A DNA stretch of 64,000 nt from an uncultured PS1 clade bacterium (GTDB lineage Bacteria > Pseudomonadota > Alphaproteobacteria > MED-G09): the NCBI GenBank assembly GCA_902537725.1, contig CACBCD010000002.1, forward strand, positions 3,920 through 67,919. The letters run 5' to 3'. Position numbers and translations under genes: made by a program. Positions within the stretch are counted from its first letter, which is position 1. Each line of letters begins with the position of its first letter. The notes below the pieces were generated by a model, which worked only from the letters and a program-made list of their open reading frames with translations, was not told the DNA's origin and did not search any database. Below, piece by piece: positions 11,633-21,089 of this stretch.

Positions 11633-12451
11633 TTATTCGGGCTTAGGCATTCCAATGGTATTATATCCTAAGTCCACATAATGTATTTCTCCAGTTACTC
11701 CTAGAGAAAGATCAGATAAGAGATATAGTCCTGCTGAACCAACATTATCTAAAGATAATTTACCTTTTAGTGGTGAAAATTTTTCTGCATAGTTAAAGAT
11801 CTCTCTGGCCCCGCCTACTCCCGCACCTGAAAGTGTTCGCATTGGTCCGGCTGAAATAGCATTAACCCTGATTCCCTTTTTGCCAAGATCAGAGGATAGA
11901 TACCTTACTGAAGATTCTAAAGCAGCTTTTGCAACTCCCATAACGTTATAATTGGGCATCACTTTTACAGATCCTCCAAAACTTAATGTTAAAATCGATC
12001 CTCCTTCATTAATACATGGTTCTGCTATTCTAGTTATTTCAGTTAAGGAATAACAAGATATTTCAAGAGTTTTTAAAAAATTCTCTTTGGAAGTATCTAA
12101 GTATCTACCGGTTAATTCATTTCTATCTGAATAAGCAATACCATGTACTATAAAGTCTAAATCTTTCCATTCTTTTTTTATGGCTGAAAAAACATCCTTA
12201 ATTTCTTTGGTCTTTGTTACATCACAATTAAAAATTAAATTTGAGTTTGTCTGTTTTGCAAGAGGTTCAACTCTTTTTTTGAAGGTGTCGCCTTGATATG
12301 TGTATGCGAGTTTTGCACCATTTTTATGTAATAAATTGGCAATACCCCAAGCTAGTGAATGATTATTTGCAACCCCCATAATTAATCCTTTTTTGTTTTT
12401 CATTAAGGGTAAGTTAAGATTGGGAGAGTTTTCTTTGGTATTTTGACTCAA
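11633..12451 (-). CDS. fabI: Enoyl-[acyl-carrier-protein] reductase (NADH)
   Basis: GVANNHSLAWGIA and INAISAGPMRTL motifs. Downstream of fabA-fabB. Confidence 0.93.
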   Translation of the reverse strand: MSQNTKENSPNLNLPLMKNKKGLIMGVANNHSLAWGIANLLHKNGAKLAYTYQGDTFKKRVEPLAKQTNSNLIFNCDVTKTKEIKDVFSAIKKEWKDLDFIVHGIAYSDRNELTGRYLDTSKENFLKTLEISCYSLTEITRIAEPCINEGGSILTLSFGGSVKVMPNYNVMGVAKAALESSVRYLSSDLGKKGIRVNAISAGPMRTLSGAGVGGAREIFNYAEKFSPLKGKLSLDNVGSAGLYLLSDLSLGVTGEIHYVDLGYNTIGMPKPE

Positions 12452-12460
12452 AATATTTCC

Positions 12461-13678
12461 TTATTTATCTGGATGTTTAAATGTGAGAGTAGCGTTAGTT
12501 CCTCCGAAACCAAAACTATTTGATAACACATAGCCTAGGTTTACATTTTCTATTTTATTTTTAACAATGGGTATGTTTTCAAAAAGTGGATCAATATTTT
12601 TTATATTTGCTGATTCGCAGATGAAATTATTATTCATCATTAGAATACTATAAATAGCTTCTTGAACTCCAGCAGCACCCAGGCTATGTCCTGTAAGTGA
12701 CTTAGTTGCGCTTAATGGAGGAATTTCAGATCCAAAAACTTCTTTAATAGCATCAATCTCTTTTATGTCACCAACAGGAGTTGATGTCGCATGGGGATTA
12801 ATATAGTCAATTTGTTCTTCAATCCCTTTCATTGCCATTTTCATGCATCTCACAGCACCTTCGCCTGAGGGTTGAACCATATCATGGCCATCTGATGTTG
12901 CGCCATAACCAACAAGTTCTGCATAAATTTTTGCCCCTCTTGCTTTTGCTCTTTCCATTTCTTCTAAAACAAGTACACCTGCACCACCAGCGATAACAAA
13001 ACCATCTCTATCATTATCATAGGCTCTGCTGGATGATGAGGGGTCATCATTATATTTTGAAGACATAGCTCCCATTGCATCAAATAATACTGATAAGGCC
13101 CAATTTAATTCTTCTCCACCTCCAGCAAACATTATATCTTGCTTGCCATATTGAATTGTTTCGTATGCATTCCCGATGCAGTGTGAAGATGTAGCACAAG
13201 CAGAAGAGATAGAATAATTAATCCCTTTTATACCAAAAGGAGTAGCAAGTGTTGCAGAGTTAGTTGAAGACATAGCTTTTGGAACAGCAAATGGACCGAC
13301 TCTTTTGGGGCCTTTCTCTCTGGTAATATCTGCAGCTTCTATAAGAGCTTTAGTCGAAGGGCCACCTGATCCCATTATAAGTCCAGTATTTTCATTGATT
13401 ATTTCATTGTTCTCAAGACCAGAGTCCTCAATAGCTTGCTGCATTGCTATATAATTCCAGGCAGCTCCATTGCCCATGAATCTTCTCTCTTTTTTTTCTA
13501 AATATTCCTCAGGATCTAAAGTTGGCTTTCCATAAACTTGACTACGAAAACCTAATTCTTGATGTTCACTAGAGTGAGTTATTCCTGATTTTCCATCTTT
13601 AAGGCTTTTTAAAACTTCATCTTTATTATTTCCTATACAAGAAACAATTCCTATACCTGTGACTACAACTTGTCTCAT
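12461..13678 (-). CDS. fabB: 3-oxoacyl-ACP synthase I (KAS I)
   Basis: KAS fold with active-site SSACATS, HATSTP and GHSLGAAG motifs. The fabB call rests on pairing with fabA. Confidence 0.9.
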   Translation of the reverse strand: MRQVVVTGIGIVSCIGNNKDEVLKSLKDGKSGITHSSEHQELGFRSQVYGKPTLDPEEYLEKKERRFMGNGAAWNYIAMQQAIEDSGLENNEIINENTGLIMGSGGPSTKALIEAADITREKGPKRVGPFAVPKAMSSTNSATLATPFGIKGINYSISSACATSSHCIGNAYETIQYGKQDIMFAGGGEELNWALSVLFDAMGAMSSKYNDDPSSSSRAYDNDRDGFVIAGGAGVLVLEEMERAKARGAKIYAELVGYGATSDGHDMVQPSGEGAVRCMKMAMKGIEEQIDYINPHATSTPVGDIKEIDAIKEVFGSEIPPLSATKSLTGHSLGAAGVQEAIYSILMMNNNFICESANIKNIDPLFENIPIVKNKIENVNLGYVLSNSFGFGGTNATLTFKHPDK

Positions 13679-13695
13679 TTTTGAAACCTCAATTA

Positions 13696-14196
13696 TTATT
13701 TAAAAAGGCCAACTCTTAAATCTTCTGCCTTGTAAATCACTTCTCCATCAGCAACTAGAAGTCCATCACCAATTCCAAGAATTAACTTGCTTGTTAATAC
13801 CCTCTTTAAGTTAATTTGATATTCTAACTTTTTAATAGTTGGCAAAACCATCCCTGAAAATTTTACTCCACCTACCGATAATGCTCTTCCTTTACCCTCA
13901 AGACCAAGCCATCCCAAGTAAAAGCCAAGGAGCTGCCACATGGCATCAAGGCCTAAACATCCAGGCATTACAGGGTCATTTATAAAGTGACAGTCGAAGA
14001 ACCACAAATCTGGCTTTATATCTAATTCTGCAATAACGAGACCCTTTCCATTATCACCATCATTCTCGGTAATTTTTGTTATTCTATCAAACATTAGCAT
14101 TGGCGGCATAGGAAGTTGGGGGTTGCCCTCTCCAAACATTTCACCTTTTGCACAAGATATTAATTCTTCTAAATTATAATTATTTTTTTGTTTCAT
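13696..14196 (-). CDS. fabA: 3-hydroxydecanoyl-ACP dehydratase / trans-2-decenoyl-ACP isomerase
   Basis: [24 protein letters not shown] active-site region. The listed ORF starts at 14220, but alignment to E. coli FabA and a GAGG 5 nt upstream favour the ATG at 14196. Confidence 0.92.
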   Translation of the reverse strand: MKQKNNYNLEELISCAKGEMFGEGNPQLPMPPMLMFDRITKITENDGDNGKGLVIAELDIKPDLWFFDCHFINDPVMPGCLGLDAMWQLLGFYLGWLGLEGKGRALSVGGVKFSGMVLPTIKKLEYQINLKRVLTSKLILGIGDGLLVADGEVIYKAEDLRVGLFK

Positions 14197-14302
14197 AAAA
14201 ACCTCAATAACTTTTACCATAGTTGAATTATACTGATAAGCTATAAGTATATTTTTTCTTCTTTTTATTGATTATGACTTTTATAATCTATATTATTGTT
14301 AT

Positions 14303-14689
14303 ATGGATAATTTTGTAAATATACTTAGAAAACATAAACTTAGACCAACTAAGCAAAGGGTGAACCTTGGCTCTATACTTTTTGGTAAAGGTGATAGGCA
14401 TATCACTGCAGAAATTTTGAAAAAAGAATCTGATAAAGAAAATCTTATGGTTTCACAGGCTACAGTCTATAATGTTCTAAATGATTTTTACAATGTAGGT
14501 CTCCTTACCAAGGTAAATATTGATAATGATAAAACATGGTATGATACAAATGTTGAGCATCATTATCATATTTTTAACGAAGAAAATTCTGAATTAGTTG
14601 ATTTAGAGCCATCAGAAATAGATATTAAAATTCCTAAAAAATTTTCTAAAAGTCAGATTAAAAAAATCGATCTTGTAGTGAAAATTTAA
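14303..14689 (+). CDS. irr: Fur-family transcriptional regulator, Irr-like (iron response regulator)
   Basis: Winged-helix Fur N-terminus (LRPTKQRVNLGSIL...HITAEIL). No cysteine anywhere in the protein, and a His-rich EHHYH motif. Divergent from fabA-fabB-fabI as irr is in Rhizobiales. ICE boxes lie 0.9 kb downstream. Confidence 0.65.
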   Translation: MDNFVNILRKHKLRPTKQRVNLGSILFGKGDRHITAEILKKESDKENLMVSQATVYNVLNDFYNVGLLTKVNIDNDKTWYDTNVEHHYHIFNEENSELVDLEPSEIDIKIPKKFSKSQIKKIDLVVKI

Positions 14690-14764
14690 ATCCATATTTC
14701 TTTTACTTTCTATTACAGTCTTCTATTATATATTTTTAATTTTTGGGTGTAAGGGAATATAAAA

Positions 14765-15547
14765 ATGAAAAATCAACTCTTTGATCTAACAAAAAAAGTA
14801 TCTCTAATAACCGGAGGTAATGGAGGTATTGGGCTTGGAATGGCAAAAGGTCTTGCTTCTTGTGGCTCTGATATTGCTATTATCGGAAGAAATATAAATA
14901 AAAATTCTAAAGCAAAAGAAGAATTGAGCGAATTCGATGTAAGAGTTGAAACCTATTCTATCGATGTTTCCAATGAGGAGGATGTAAAAAAGACAGTTTT
15001 GAATGTTGTTAATGATTTTGGAAGGATTGATGCTGTTTTTGCTAATGCTGGTATGAATCTCTATGGAGGGTCATTTGAAGATATGGATACTGATGTGTAT
15101 AGAAAAGTATTAGCTGTAAATTTAGATGGAGTATTTTTTACATTAAGAGAAGTTTGTAAACATATGGTTGAAAGAGCAAAGAAAGGTGACCCAGGAGGAT
15201 CAGTTGTTGGGGTAGCAAGTCTTGCTGGAATAGAGGGCGCTGCAAAGACACAACCTTATTCTGCTTCTAAAGGAGGTATTAGAGCAATAATAAAAGGGAT
15301 AGCAGTCGAGCATGCGAAATATGGTATTAGAGCAAATACCATAGTTCCTGGTTGGATTGCTACTGATATGACAGAGATAAATCAAAATAGTGAAAAATTT
15401 ACTGATAAAGTAATTTCTAGGGTGCCTATGAGAAGATGGGGTGAACCTGATGATTTTTCCGGTGTAGCAGTATATTTGGCGTCTGATTCTTCATCATATC
15501 ATTCTGGAGACTCTTTCGTTGTAGATGGTGCCTACGCAATTTTTTAG
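14765..15547 (+). CDS. Short-chain dehydrogenase/reductase (SDR) family oxidoreductase
   Basis: TGGNGGIGLG cofactor motif, NAG, and catalytic YSASKGG. Confidence 0.88.
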   Translation: MKNQLFDLTKKVSLITGGNGGIGLGMAKGLASCGSDIAIIGRNINKNSKAKEELSEFDVRVETYSIDVSNEEDVKKTVLNVVNDFGRIDAVFANAGMNLYGGSFEDMDTDVYRKVLAVNLDGVFFTLREVCKHMVERAKKGDPGGSVVGVASLAGIEGAAKTQPYSASKGGIRAIIKGIAVEHAKYGIRANTIVPGWIATDMTEINQNSEKFTDKVISRVPMRRWGEPDDFSGVAVYLASDSSSYHSGDSFVVDGAYAIF

Positions 15548-15559
15548 AATAGTTCTAAT
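15543..15559. promoter_or_regulatory. ICE-type (Irr box) operator 1: TTTAGAATAGTTCTAAT
   Basis: Matches TTTAGAA-N3-TTCTAAA at 13 of 14 half-site positions. Overlaps the SDR stop codon. Confidence 0.65.
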
Positions 15560-15574
15560 TATTATTATTACTAG

Positions 15575-15591
15575 TTTAGAATTATTCTAAA
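15575..15591. promoter_or_regulatory. ICE-type (Irr box) operator 2: TTTAGAATTATTCTAAA
   Basis: Perfect 7-3-7 palindrome identical to the published ICE consensus. Lies 32 bp from box 1. Confidence 0.75.
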
Positions 15592-15606
15592 TTACCTTGA
15601 CTTTGT

Positions 15607-15623
15607 TTTAGAACTATTCTAAC
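15607..15623. promoter_or_regulatory. ICE-type (Irr box) operator 3: TTTAGAACTATTCTAAC
   Basis: 13 of 14 half-site matches. Lies 32 bp from box 2, immediately after a TTGACT hexamer (15597-15602) and 41 bp before the rubrerythrin ATG. Confidence 0.7.
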
Positions 15624-15663
15624 AAATCATTTTTAATCATTTATTTATATACGGAGAAAAAGT

Positions 15664-16083
15664 ATGTCCTTATCTGGAAGTAAAACAGAAGAAAATTTAA
15701 AAGCAGCATTCGCTGGTGAAAGTCAAGCAAATAGAAGATATTTATATTTTGCTCAAAAAGCTGATGTTGAGGGTTATAATGACGTAGCAACAGTTTTTAG
15801 ATCAACTGCTGAAGGCGAAACTGGCCATGCACACGGTCATTTAGAATTCCTTGAAGAGGTTGGTGATCCAGCTACCGGTGAGCCAATAGGTTCAACAGAA
15901 CAAAATCTTAATGCAGCAATACAGGGAGAGACTCACGAATACACTGATATGTATCCAGGTATGGCAAAAACTGCACGCGATGAAGGATTTGACGAAATAG
16001 CTGATTGGTTTGAAACTTTAGCAAAAGCTGAAAAAAGTCATGCAGGAAAATTTCAAAAAACCTTGGATAATCTAGAAGGTTAA
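15664..16083 (+). CDS. Rubrerythrin-family diiron protein without a rubredoxin domain
   Basis: Ferritin-like four-helix pattern with ExxH pairs ([32 protein letters not shown]). Only 139 aa, with no C-terminal CxxC pairs. GGAG RBS. Confidence 0.85.
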   Translation: MSLSGSKTEENLKAAFAGESQANRRYLYFAQKADVEGYNDVATVFRSTAEGETGHAHGHLEFLEEVGDPATGEPIGSTEQNLNAAIQGETHEYTDMYPGMAKTARDEGFDEIADWFETLAKAEKSHAGKFQKTLDNLEG

Positions 16084-16139
16084 TTATTTTAATTATTATT
16101 GGGTGGTAAAATTTATCGCCCATTTTCAAGAGGTTATTA

Positions 16140-17489
16140 ATGGAAGGTTCTACCCAAGCCCCCATTCGTCACCCTATTCCTTGGAGAGAGGATGATTTCT
16201 GGGATCAACTCTCCTTAGACGACGAGTTGAGAAGGGTCTTTGATATATGCCACGGTTGTAGAAGATGTTTTAATTTATGCGATAGCTTCCCTCAACTTTT
16301 TGATTTAATCGATGAATCTGAAAGTGGAGAATTGGATACTGTTAGCAGTGATGCATTTCCAAAAATAGCTGATTCTTGTACATTATGTGACATGTGCTTC
16401 CTAACTAAATGTCCATATGTACCACCTCATGAGTTTAATATAGATTTTCCTCATCTAATGTTAAGAGCAAGAGCTGTTGAGGTTGAAAAAAAAGGAAAAC
16501 CACCTTTTATCCAAAATCAACTAGCTCAAACTGATCGAAATGGTAAGTTAGGAAAAAGTATCGGTTTTATTTTAAATTTCTTTACAAATATAAATAATAA
16601 AATTTTTAGACGAATATTAAATTATCTTATTGGCATAGATTATAAGGTTATTCTCCCAAAATTTGATATGGGAAAGCTAATGACTCCTTCAATAAATAAA
16701 AAGGGAAAAGCTACAAATCGTAAAGCCGTTGTTTATACATCTTGTTATGCAAATTACAATAGAACAGAAATTGCAGATGCTTCTCTAGCTGTATTAGCTG
16801 CCCAAGGAGTAGAAATTAAAGTTCATTATCCAGAATGTTGTGGTATGCCCCTTTTAGAGCAAGGTAATATTGAGAAAGTTTCATTTTCAGCTGAGAGAAT
16901 TTCAGAGAGTTTTGTTGAATTTATCGAAGATGGATATGATGTTATTACTTTAACATCATCATGTGCATTGATGATGAAATATGAGTGGCCACTTATTTTA
17001 CCAGATAATAACTCTGTTAAATTATTATCTGAAAATACCTATGATATAGATGAGTATATTGTTGATATATCTAAGAATGAAGGATTGGTTGAAGGAATGC
17101 AGCCTGTAGATGGAGGAATATCTCTCCACTTAGCTTGTCATTCAAGAGCTCAAAATATGGGAGCAAAATCCAATGAACTTCTTAAGCTTATCCCTGATGC
17201 TGATATTTCTATTGTTGAGAGATGTTCTGGACATGGTGGAACTTTCGGAGTCCTCTCTCCGACTCATGATTTAGCCCGAAAGGTTGGTAAACCAGCAGCT
17301 CGACAGGTTGCAAAAGTAAATCCGTCATTTGTTATTTCAAGTTGTCCTTTAGCTTCAAAACATTTATCTCAAATTACTAAAGAAGATATTATTAAGGGTA
17401 ATGAAAAAAGTCAGATAAAATCAGGTCACCCAATCGAATTAATGGCTGTCTCTTATGGTTTTTTAAATAAAGATGAAATGAGCGAATAA
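16140..17489 (+). CDS. (Fe-S)-binding protein, HdrD/GlpC-like, with two 4Fe-4S motifs and CCG domains
   Basis: CHGCRRCFNLCDSFP and CTLCDMCFLTKCPYVPP ferredoxin-type motifs. CCG domain (YPECCGMP) plus a second, degenerate Cys-rich domain (CHSRAQ...CSGHGG). Confidence 0.8.
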   Translation: MEGSTQAPIRHPIPWREDDFWDQLSLDDELRRVFDICHGCRRCFNLCDSFPQLFDLIDESESGELDTVSSDAFPKIADSCTLCDMCFLTKCPYVPPHEFNIDFPHLMLRARAVEVEKKGKPPFIQNQLAQTDRNGKLGKSIGFILNFFTNINNKIFRRILNYLIGIDYKVILPKFDMGKLMTPSINKKGKATNRKAVVYTSCYANYNRTEIADASLAVLAAQGVEIKVHYPECCGMPLLEQGNIEKVSFSAERISESFVEFIEDGYDVITLTSSCALMMKYEWPLILPDNNSVKLLSENTYDIDEYIVDISKNEGLVEGMQPVDGGISLHLACHSRAQNMGAKSNELLKLIPDADISIVERCSGHGGTFGVLSPTHDLARKVGKPAARQVAKVNPSFVISSCPLASKHLSQITKEDIIKGNEKSQIKSGHPIELMAVSYGFLNKDEMSE

Positions 17490-18070
17490 TGATCGAAATT
17501 GAAAAAAAAGACATTCTTTCAAACGATGAGTACAAAGAAGTAAGGTCAGAGAGAAGAAAAGAACTTGTTGCTTATAAAAAAAATAGACGCATTAGTGTCG
17601 GTCCTTTTGCAACTTTTTATTTTGAATCATATAAGACTATGTTGTATCAAATTCAAGAAATGCTCTTTGTTGAAGGAGCTCCAGAAGGCCAGTTAGAAGA
17701 CGAGCTTGCTGCTTATAATCCTTTAATCCCTCAAGGATCAGAATTAGTTACAACTCTTATGTTCGAGATTAATGATGAAAAGATACGACATAACTTTTTA
17801 TCTTCGATAGGCAATGTAGAGGAGTTTATTTATATGAGTATTGGGGATGATAAGATTAAAGCTAGATATGAGTCTGATATTGATAGAACAAATTCTAAAG
17901 GAAAAACATCTTCAGTTCATTTTTTACATTTTGATTTTAACCAAGATCAAATAGAACAGTTTAATTCAAATGAGGCTAAAATATATTTAGGAATTGAACA
18001 CAAAAATTATAGTCATATTACAATTCTAAATGATGAAAATATTAATAATTTGAAAGAAGATTTAGTCTAG
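17489..18070 (+). CDS. DUF3501-like protein of unknown function
   Basis: 193 aa, Cys-free. Start overlaps the stop of the Fe-S gene (TAATG). Size and genomic partner match my recollection of DUF3501, which needs an HMM check. Confidence 0.55.
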   Translation: MIEIEKKDILSNDEYKEVRSERRKELVAYKKNRRISVGPFATFYFESYKTMLYQIQEMLFVEGAPEGQLEDELAAYNPLIPQGSELVTTLMFEINDEKIRHNFLSSIGNVEEFIYMSIGDDKIKARYESDIDRTNSKGKTSSVHFLHFDFNQDQIEQFNSNEAKIYLGIEHKNYSHITILNDENINNLKEDLV

Positions 18071-18591
18071 TCGACTCCCCACAAAAAATCCCTTCTAATG
18101 TAGCCAGATAATTTATATGAGTTTTTAAAAAAGTATTTATCCTTTTTTACTTTTAATTCAATTTTACATAATTCTTCCATGCAGCTAATCAATGCTGCAA
18201 TGACCCCCTCTTTTACATAAGCTAAGGTTTTTAAATTTTTATCGGTAATAATTATTTCTTTTTGATTTGAGAGAGCTAGCTCTACAGAGCTTCTAGTATT
18301 TTGTATCAAAACATTTCTTTTTTTTGAAATTTGACTTGAATTAATCCAACCCTTTTGACTTGATGGAAGCAATACTTCACTCCACTCATTCTTTTGCCTA
18401 AGTATTTTAAATGGTAAGCCCTTTCTTTTATAAACCCAAATGACCTTATTATTTTTTGAGGGACCCGTTCTAAGATAAGTTTTATTGTATTTGAGCGAAG
18501 CCCAGGAAGTATTATTTTTATTTGCATAAGCAATAGGATTAATATTTGTAATTAAAAGAACAAATATTAAAAAGAAAAAAAATTCTTTCAT
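18067..18591 (-). CDS. Secreted SH3b-like domain protein (DUF1058-like)
   Basis: N-terminal signal peptide (FFFLIFVLLITNINPIAYA). SH3-like segment LRTGPSKNNKVIWVYKRKGLPFKILRQKNEWSEVLLPSSQKGWI. Confidence 0.6.
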   Translation of the reverse strand: MKEFFFFLIFVLLITNINPIAYANKNNTSWASLKYNKTYLRTGPSKNNKVIWVYKRKGLPFKILRQKNEWSEVLLPSSQKGWINSSQISKKRNVLIQNTRSSVELALSNQKEIIITDKNLKTLAYVKEGVIAALISCMEELCKIELKVKKDKYFFKNSYKLSGYIRRDFLWGVD

Positions 18592-18594
18592 ATT

Positions 18595-19356
18595 TTATTT
18601 CCCTGTCCCATTAAGGATATTTTTTGGGTCCCAATTTATTCTTATTATTTTTATATTATTTGTTAATCCATCAAAAATTAAGAGTTTTTTATCCAAATTA
18701 TCTTTATGATTAGTAATTTGTTTAACTAATTCTGTGGCTTGTAAAGAACCAATTACTCCTGCAATTGGTCCTAATACACCAATATGATTACAATCATTTT
18801 CTTTGATATCTTTTATCTTTAAACACCTATATGAAGGATATGGATTATTATGTTTGTCTTTTAAATAGGACTTGAAAGTTGAAATCTGTCCAAAGAACCC
18901 AGAAACAGACGCATATATTAATGGTTTATTATTCTCAAAACATGCGTCATTTATTATCATTTTACTTGAATTATTATCAGTGCAATCAACAATAAAATCA
19001 TATTCCTTAATTATTTTACTTGCATTTTTATCATTTAATCTTTCTCTGTAAATTAAGGTCTTTGTTTCAGGATTGATCAAATTTGTAACTTTTTCAGCTA
19101 CTTCAACTTTGGATTTACCAATATCATTTGTTGAAAAAATTGTTTGCCTATGAAGATTTGAAACCTCTATATTATCATTATCTATCAGTCCGATAGTGCC
19201 TATACCAGATCCAGCGGCGTATTGCAGAACTGGACAACCGAGTCCTCCTAAACCAATTATTAGAGCTCTAGACTCATTTAATAATTTTTGCCCATGTCCA
19301 CCAATTTCCCTAAGAATTAAGTGATTTGAAAATCTATTTGTTGTATTAACCTTCAT
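18595..19356 (-). CDS. ThiF/MoeB/HesA-family adenylyltransferase (E1-like)
   Basis: Rossmann motif GLGGLGCP, then SNLHRQ and [17 protein letters not shown], aligning to MoeB/ThiF. Both CxxC zinc motifs are missing. Confidence 0.8.
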   Translation of the reverse strand: MKVNTTNRFSNHLILREIGGHGQKLLNESRALIIGLGGLGCPVLQYAAGSGIGTIGLIDNDNIEVSNLHRQTIFSTNDIGKSKVEVAEKVTNLINPETKTLIYRERLNDKNASKIIKEYDFIVDCTDNNSSKMIINDACFENNKPLIYASVSGFFGQISTFKSYLKDKHNNPYPSYRCLKIKDIKENDCNHIGVLGPIAGVIGSLQATELVKQITNHKDNLDKKLLIFDGLTNNIKIIRINWDPKNILNGTGK

Positions 19357-19816
19357 TTTTTTTTATTAAATTTCCAGTTGATCCAAAACCACCTTGGCCT
19401 CTCTCAGTTGCATCTAATTGATCAACGGAAACAAGATTAAATTGTTCAACTTTTGAGATAACCATTTGAGCAATTCTCATTCCTCTTAAAATTTCAAAAT
19501 CTTTTTTACTGTGATTTATCAGCATGACTAAAATTTCTCCTCTGTAGTCACTATCAATAGTACCGGGTGAATTCAGAACAGTAATACCATTTTTTGAAGC
19601 TAGACCAGATCGAGGTCTAATCTGAGCCTCATATCCAATTGGAACAGCAATTGCTATTCCAGTTGGTATCATTTCTGCCTTACTTGGAGGAATTAAAATT
19701 TTTTTATTTTCTTTAATAGCTGCCAAAAGATCTAAACCTGCAGCACCATGTGTTTCATATTTTGGAAGAGGCAGACCAGAACCATTTTCAAGGATTTTTA
19801 TCTCTAGATTCTTCAT
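19346..19816 (-). CDS. dut: dUTP diphosphatase
   Basis: [23 protein letters not shown] and GGFGSTG motifs. Confidence 0.93.
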   Translation of the reverse strand: MKNLEIKILENGSGLPLPKYETHGAAGLDLLAAIKENKKILIPPSKAEMIPTGIAIAVPIGYEAQIRPRSGLASKNGITVLNSPGTIDSDYRGEILVMLINHSKKDFEILRGMRIAQMVISKVEQFNLVSVDQLDATERGQGGFGSTGNLIKKNEG

Positions 19817-21015
19817 GTTACGTTATTAAAGTGATTAATTATTTTATTACACAATTTTTCGGCAACACTCTTTTTACTAATCAAGCCCCAGTTTTCATGA
19901 AGATCACTGGTAAGAAATGAAACCTCATTCATATCATTATCGAAAACACTTTTGTTATTTTGGATATGATTATTGGCTATCATCCAGTCACAGGACTTTT
20001 TGGTCATTTTATATTTCGCAGATTCAATTAAATTTTCTGTTTCTAGGGTAAAACCAACAACTAATTCAGGTCTATTTTTATTTGTCTCGCTTATTGTTTT
20101 TAAAACATCGGGGTTTTGTTTTAATATTATATTCATATCATTGTTTTTATTTTCAGATTTTTTAATTTTTTTTGCTGATTGATTAGTAACCTTCCAGTCT
20201 GAAACGGCCGCAGCAAAGATAGAAATATCCGCAGGTAAAGAACTTAAACAAGCCTCTAACATTTCATCCGCAGTGTTTATTTCTGTGACCTTAATATTAT
20301 CTGGATAAGGTATATTTACAGGTCCTGTTATTAAGTGAGTTTCAGCACCTAACTTGCTTAATAGTGAGGCTATTGCATGCCCTTGTTTACCAGATGATTT
20401 ATTTGATATAAAACGAACAGGATCAATTGGTTCTATAGTTGGTCCAGAGGTAACAAAAGCTTTTTTTCCCTTTAGAGGAGGCTCATTAATTAAGTAGCTA
20501 ATTTCTCTATAAATATCTTCGACTTTTGACATTTTACCAGAGCCAACCTCTCCACATGCCATTTCTCCATCGTCTGGTCCAACAAAAATATGTCCATCTT
20601 TTTTTAAAGTTTCAATATTTTTAATAGTTGCTGGATTATTCCACATTTTTACATTCATGGATGGAGCAATTAATAGAGGTTTGTTGTTTGCTAGTAATAT
20701 TGATGTTGCCAAACTGTCAGAAACTCCATGAGCCATTTTCGCAAGTATATTGGCAGTTGCTGGTGCAAGGACAATCAGATCAGCATCCCTCGATAATTTT
20801 ATATGTCCAATCTTACTTTCGTTTTCTATATCGAAGAGATCTGTATAAACTTTATTTTGTGATAATGATGCGAAAGATAAAGGTTGAACAAATTTTGTTG
20901 CGCTTTTAGTAAGAACACATGTTACATCATCTCCCCTTCTTTTTATCTCTCTTATAAGATCAAGGGATCTATAAGCTGCAATTCCTCCGCTAACTATTAA
21001 CAAAATTTTTTTCAT
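19813..21015 (-). CDS. coaBC: Bifunctional phosphopantothenoylcysteine decarboxylase / phosphopantothenate-cysteine ligase
   Basis: N-terminal flavoprotein domain ([13 protein letters not shown]-like APSMNVKMW) and C-terminal CoaB domain ([11 protein letters not shown]). Confidence 0.93.
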   Translation of the reverse strand: MKKILLIVSGGIAAYRSLDLIREIKRRGDDVTCVLTKSATKFVQPLSFASLSQNKVYTDLFDIENESKIGHIKLSRDADLIVLAPATANILAKMAHGVSDSLATSILLANNKPLLIAPSMNVKMWNNPATIKNIETLKKDGHIFVGPDDGEMACGEVGSGKMSKVEDIYREISYLINEPPLKGKKAFVTSGPTIEPIDPVRFISNKSSGKQGHAIASLLSKLGAETHLITGPVNIPYPDNIKVTEINTADEMLEACLSSLPADISIFAAAVSDWKVTNQSAKKIKKSENKNNDMNIILKQNPDVLKTISETNKNRPELVVGFTLETENLIESAKYKMTKKSCDWMIANNHIQNNKSVFDNDMNEVSFLTSDLHENWGLISKKSVAEKLCNKIINHFNNVT

Positions 21016-21089
21016 GAATATTCCTTTATCTCAAAAGCTATTAAAAAGCTATTACAATATGAATTTGGATTAATTAAAGTTCTTAATAT

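Noticed and set aside
14270-14288. Fur-box-like sequence GATTATGACTTTTATAATC upstream of the irr-like gene.
   Set aside because: It matches the GATAATGATAATCATTATC consensus at only 13 of 19 positions in a very AT-rich spacer. That is too weak to call without a genome-wide model.
21034-21054. Tandem direct repeat AAAGCTATTA-A-AAAGCTATTA upstream of coaBC.
   Set aside because: Only two short copies are present and there is no known motif. It could be a promoter element, but nothing supports that beyond the repeat itself.
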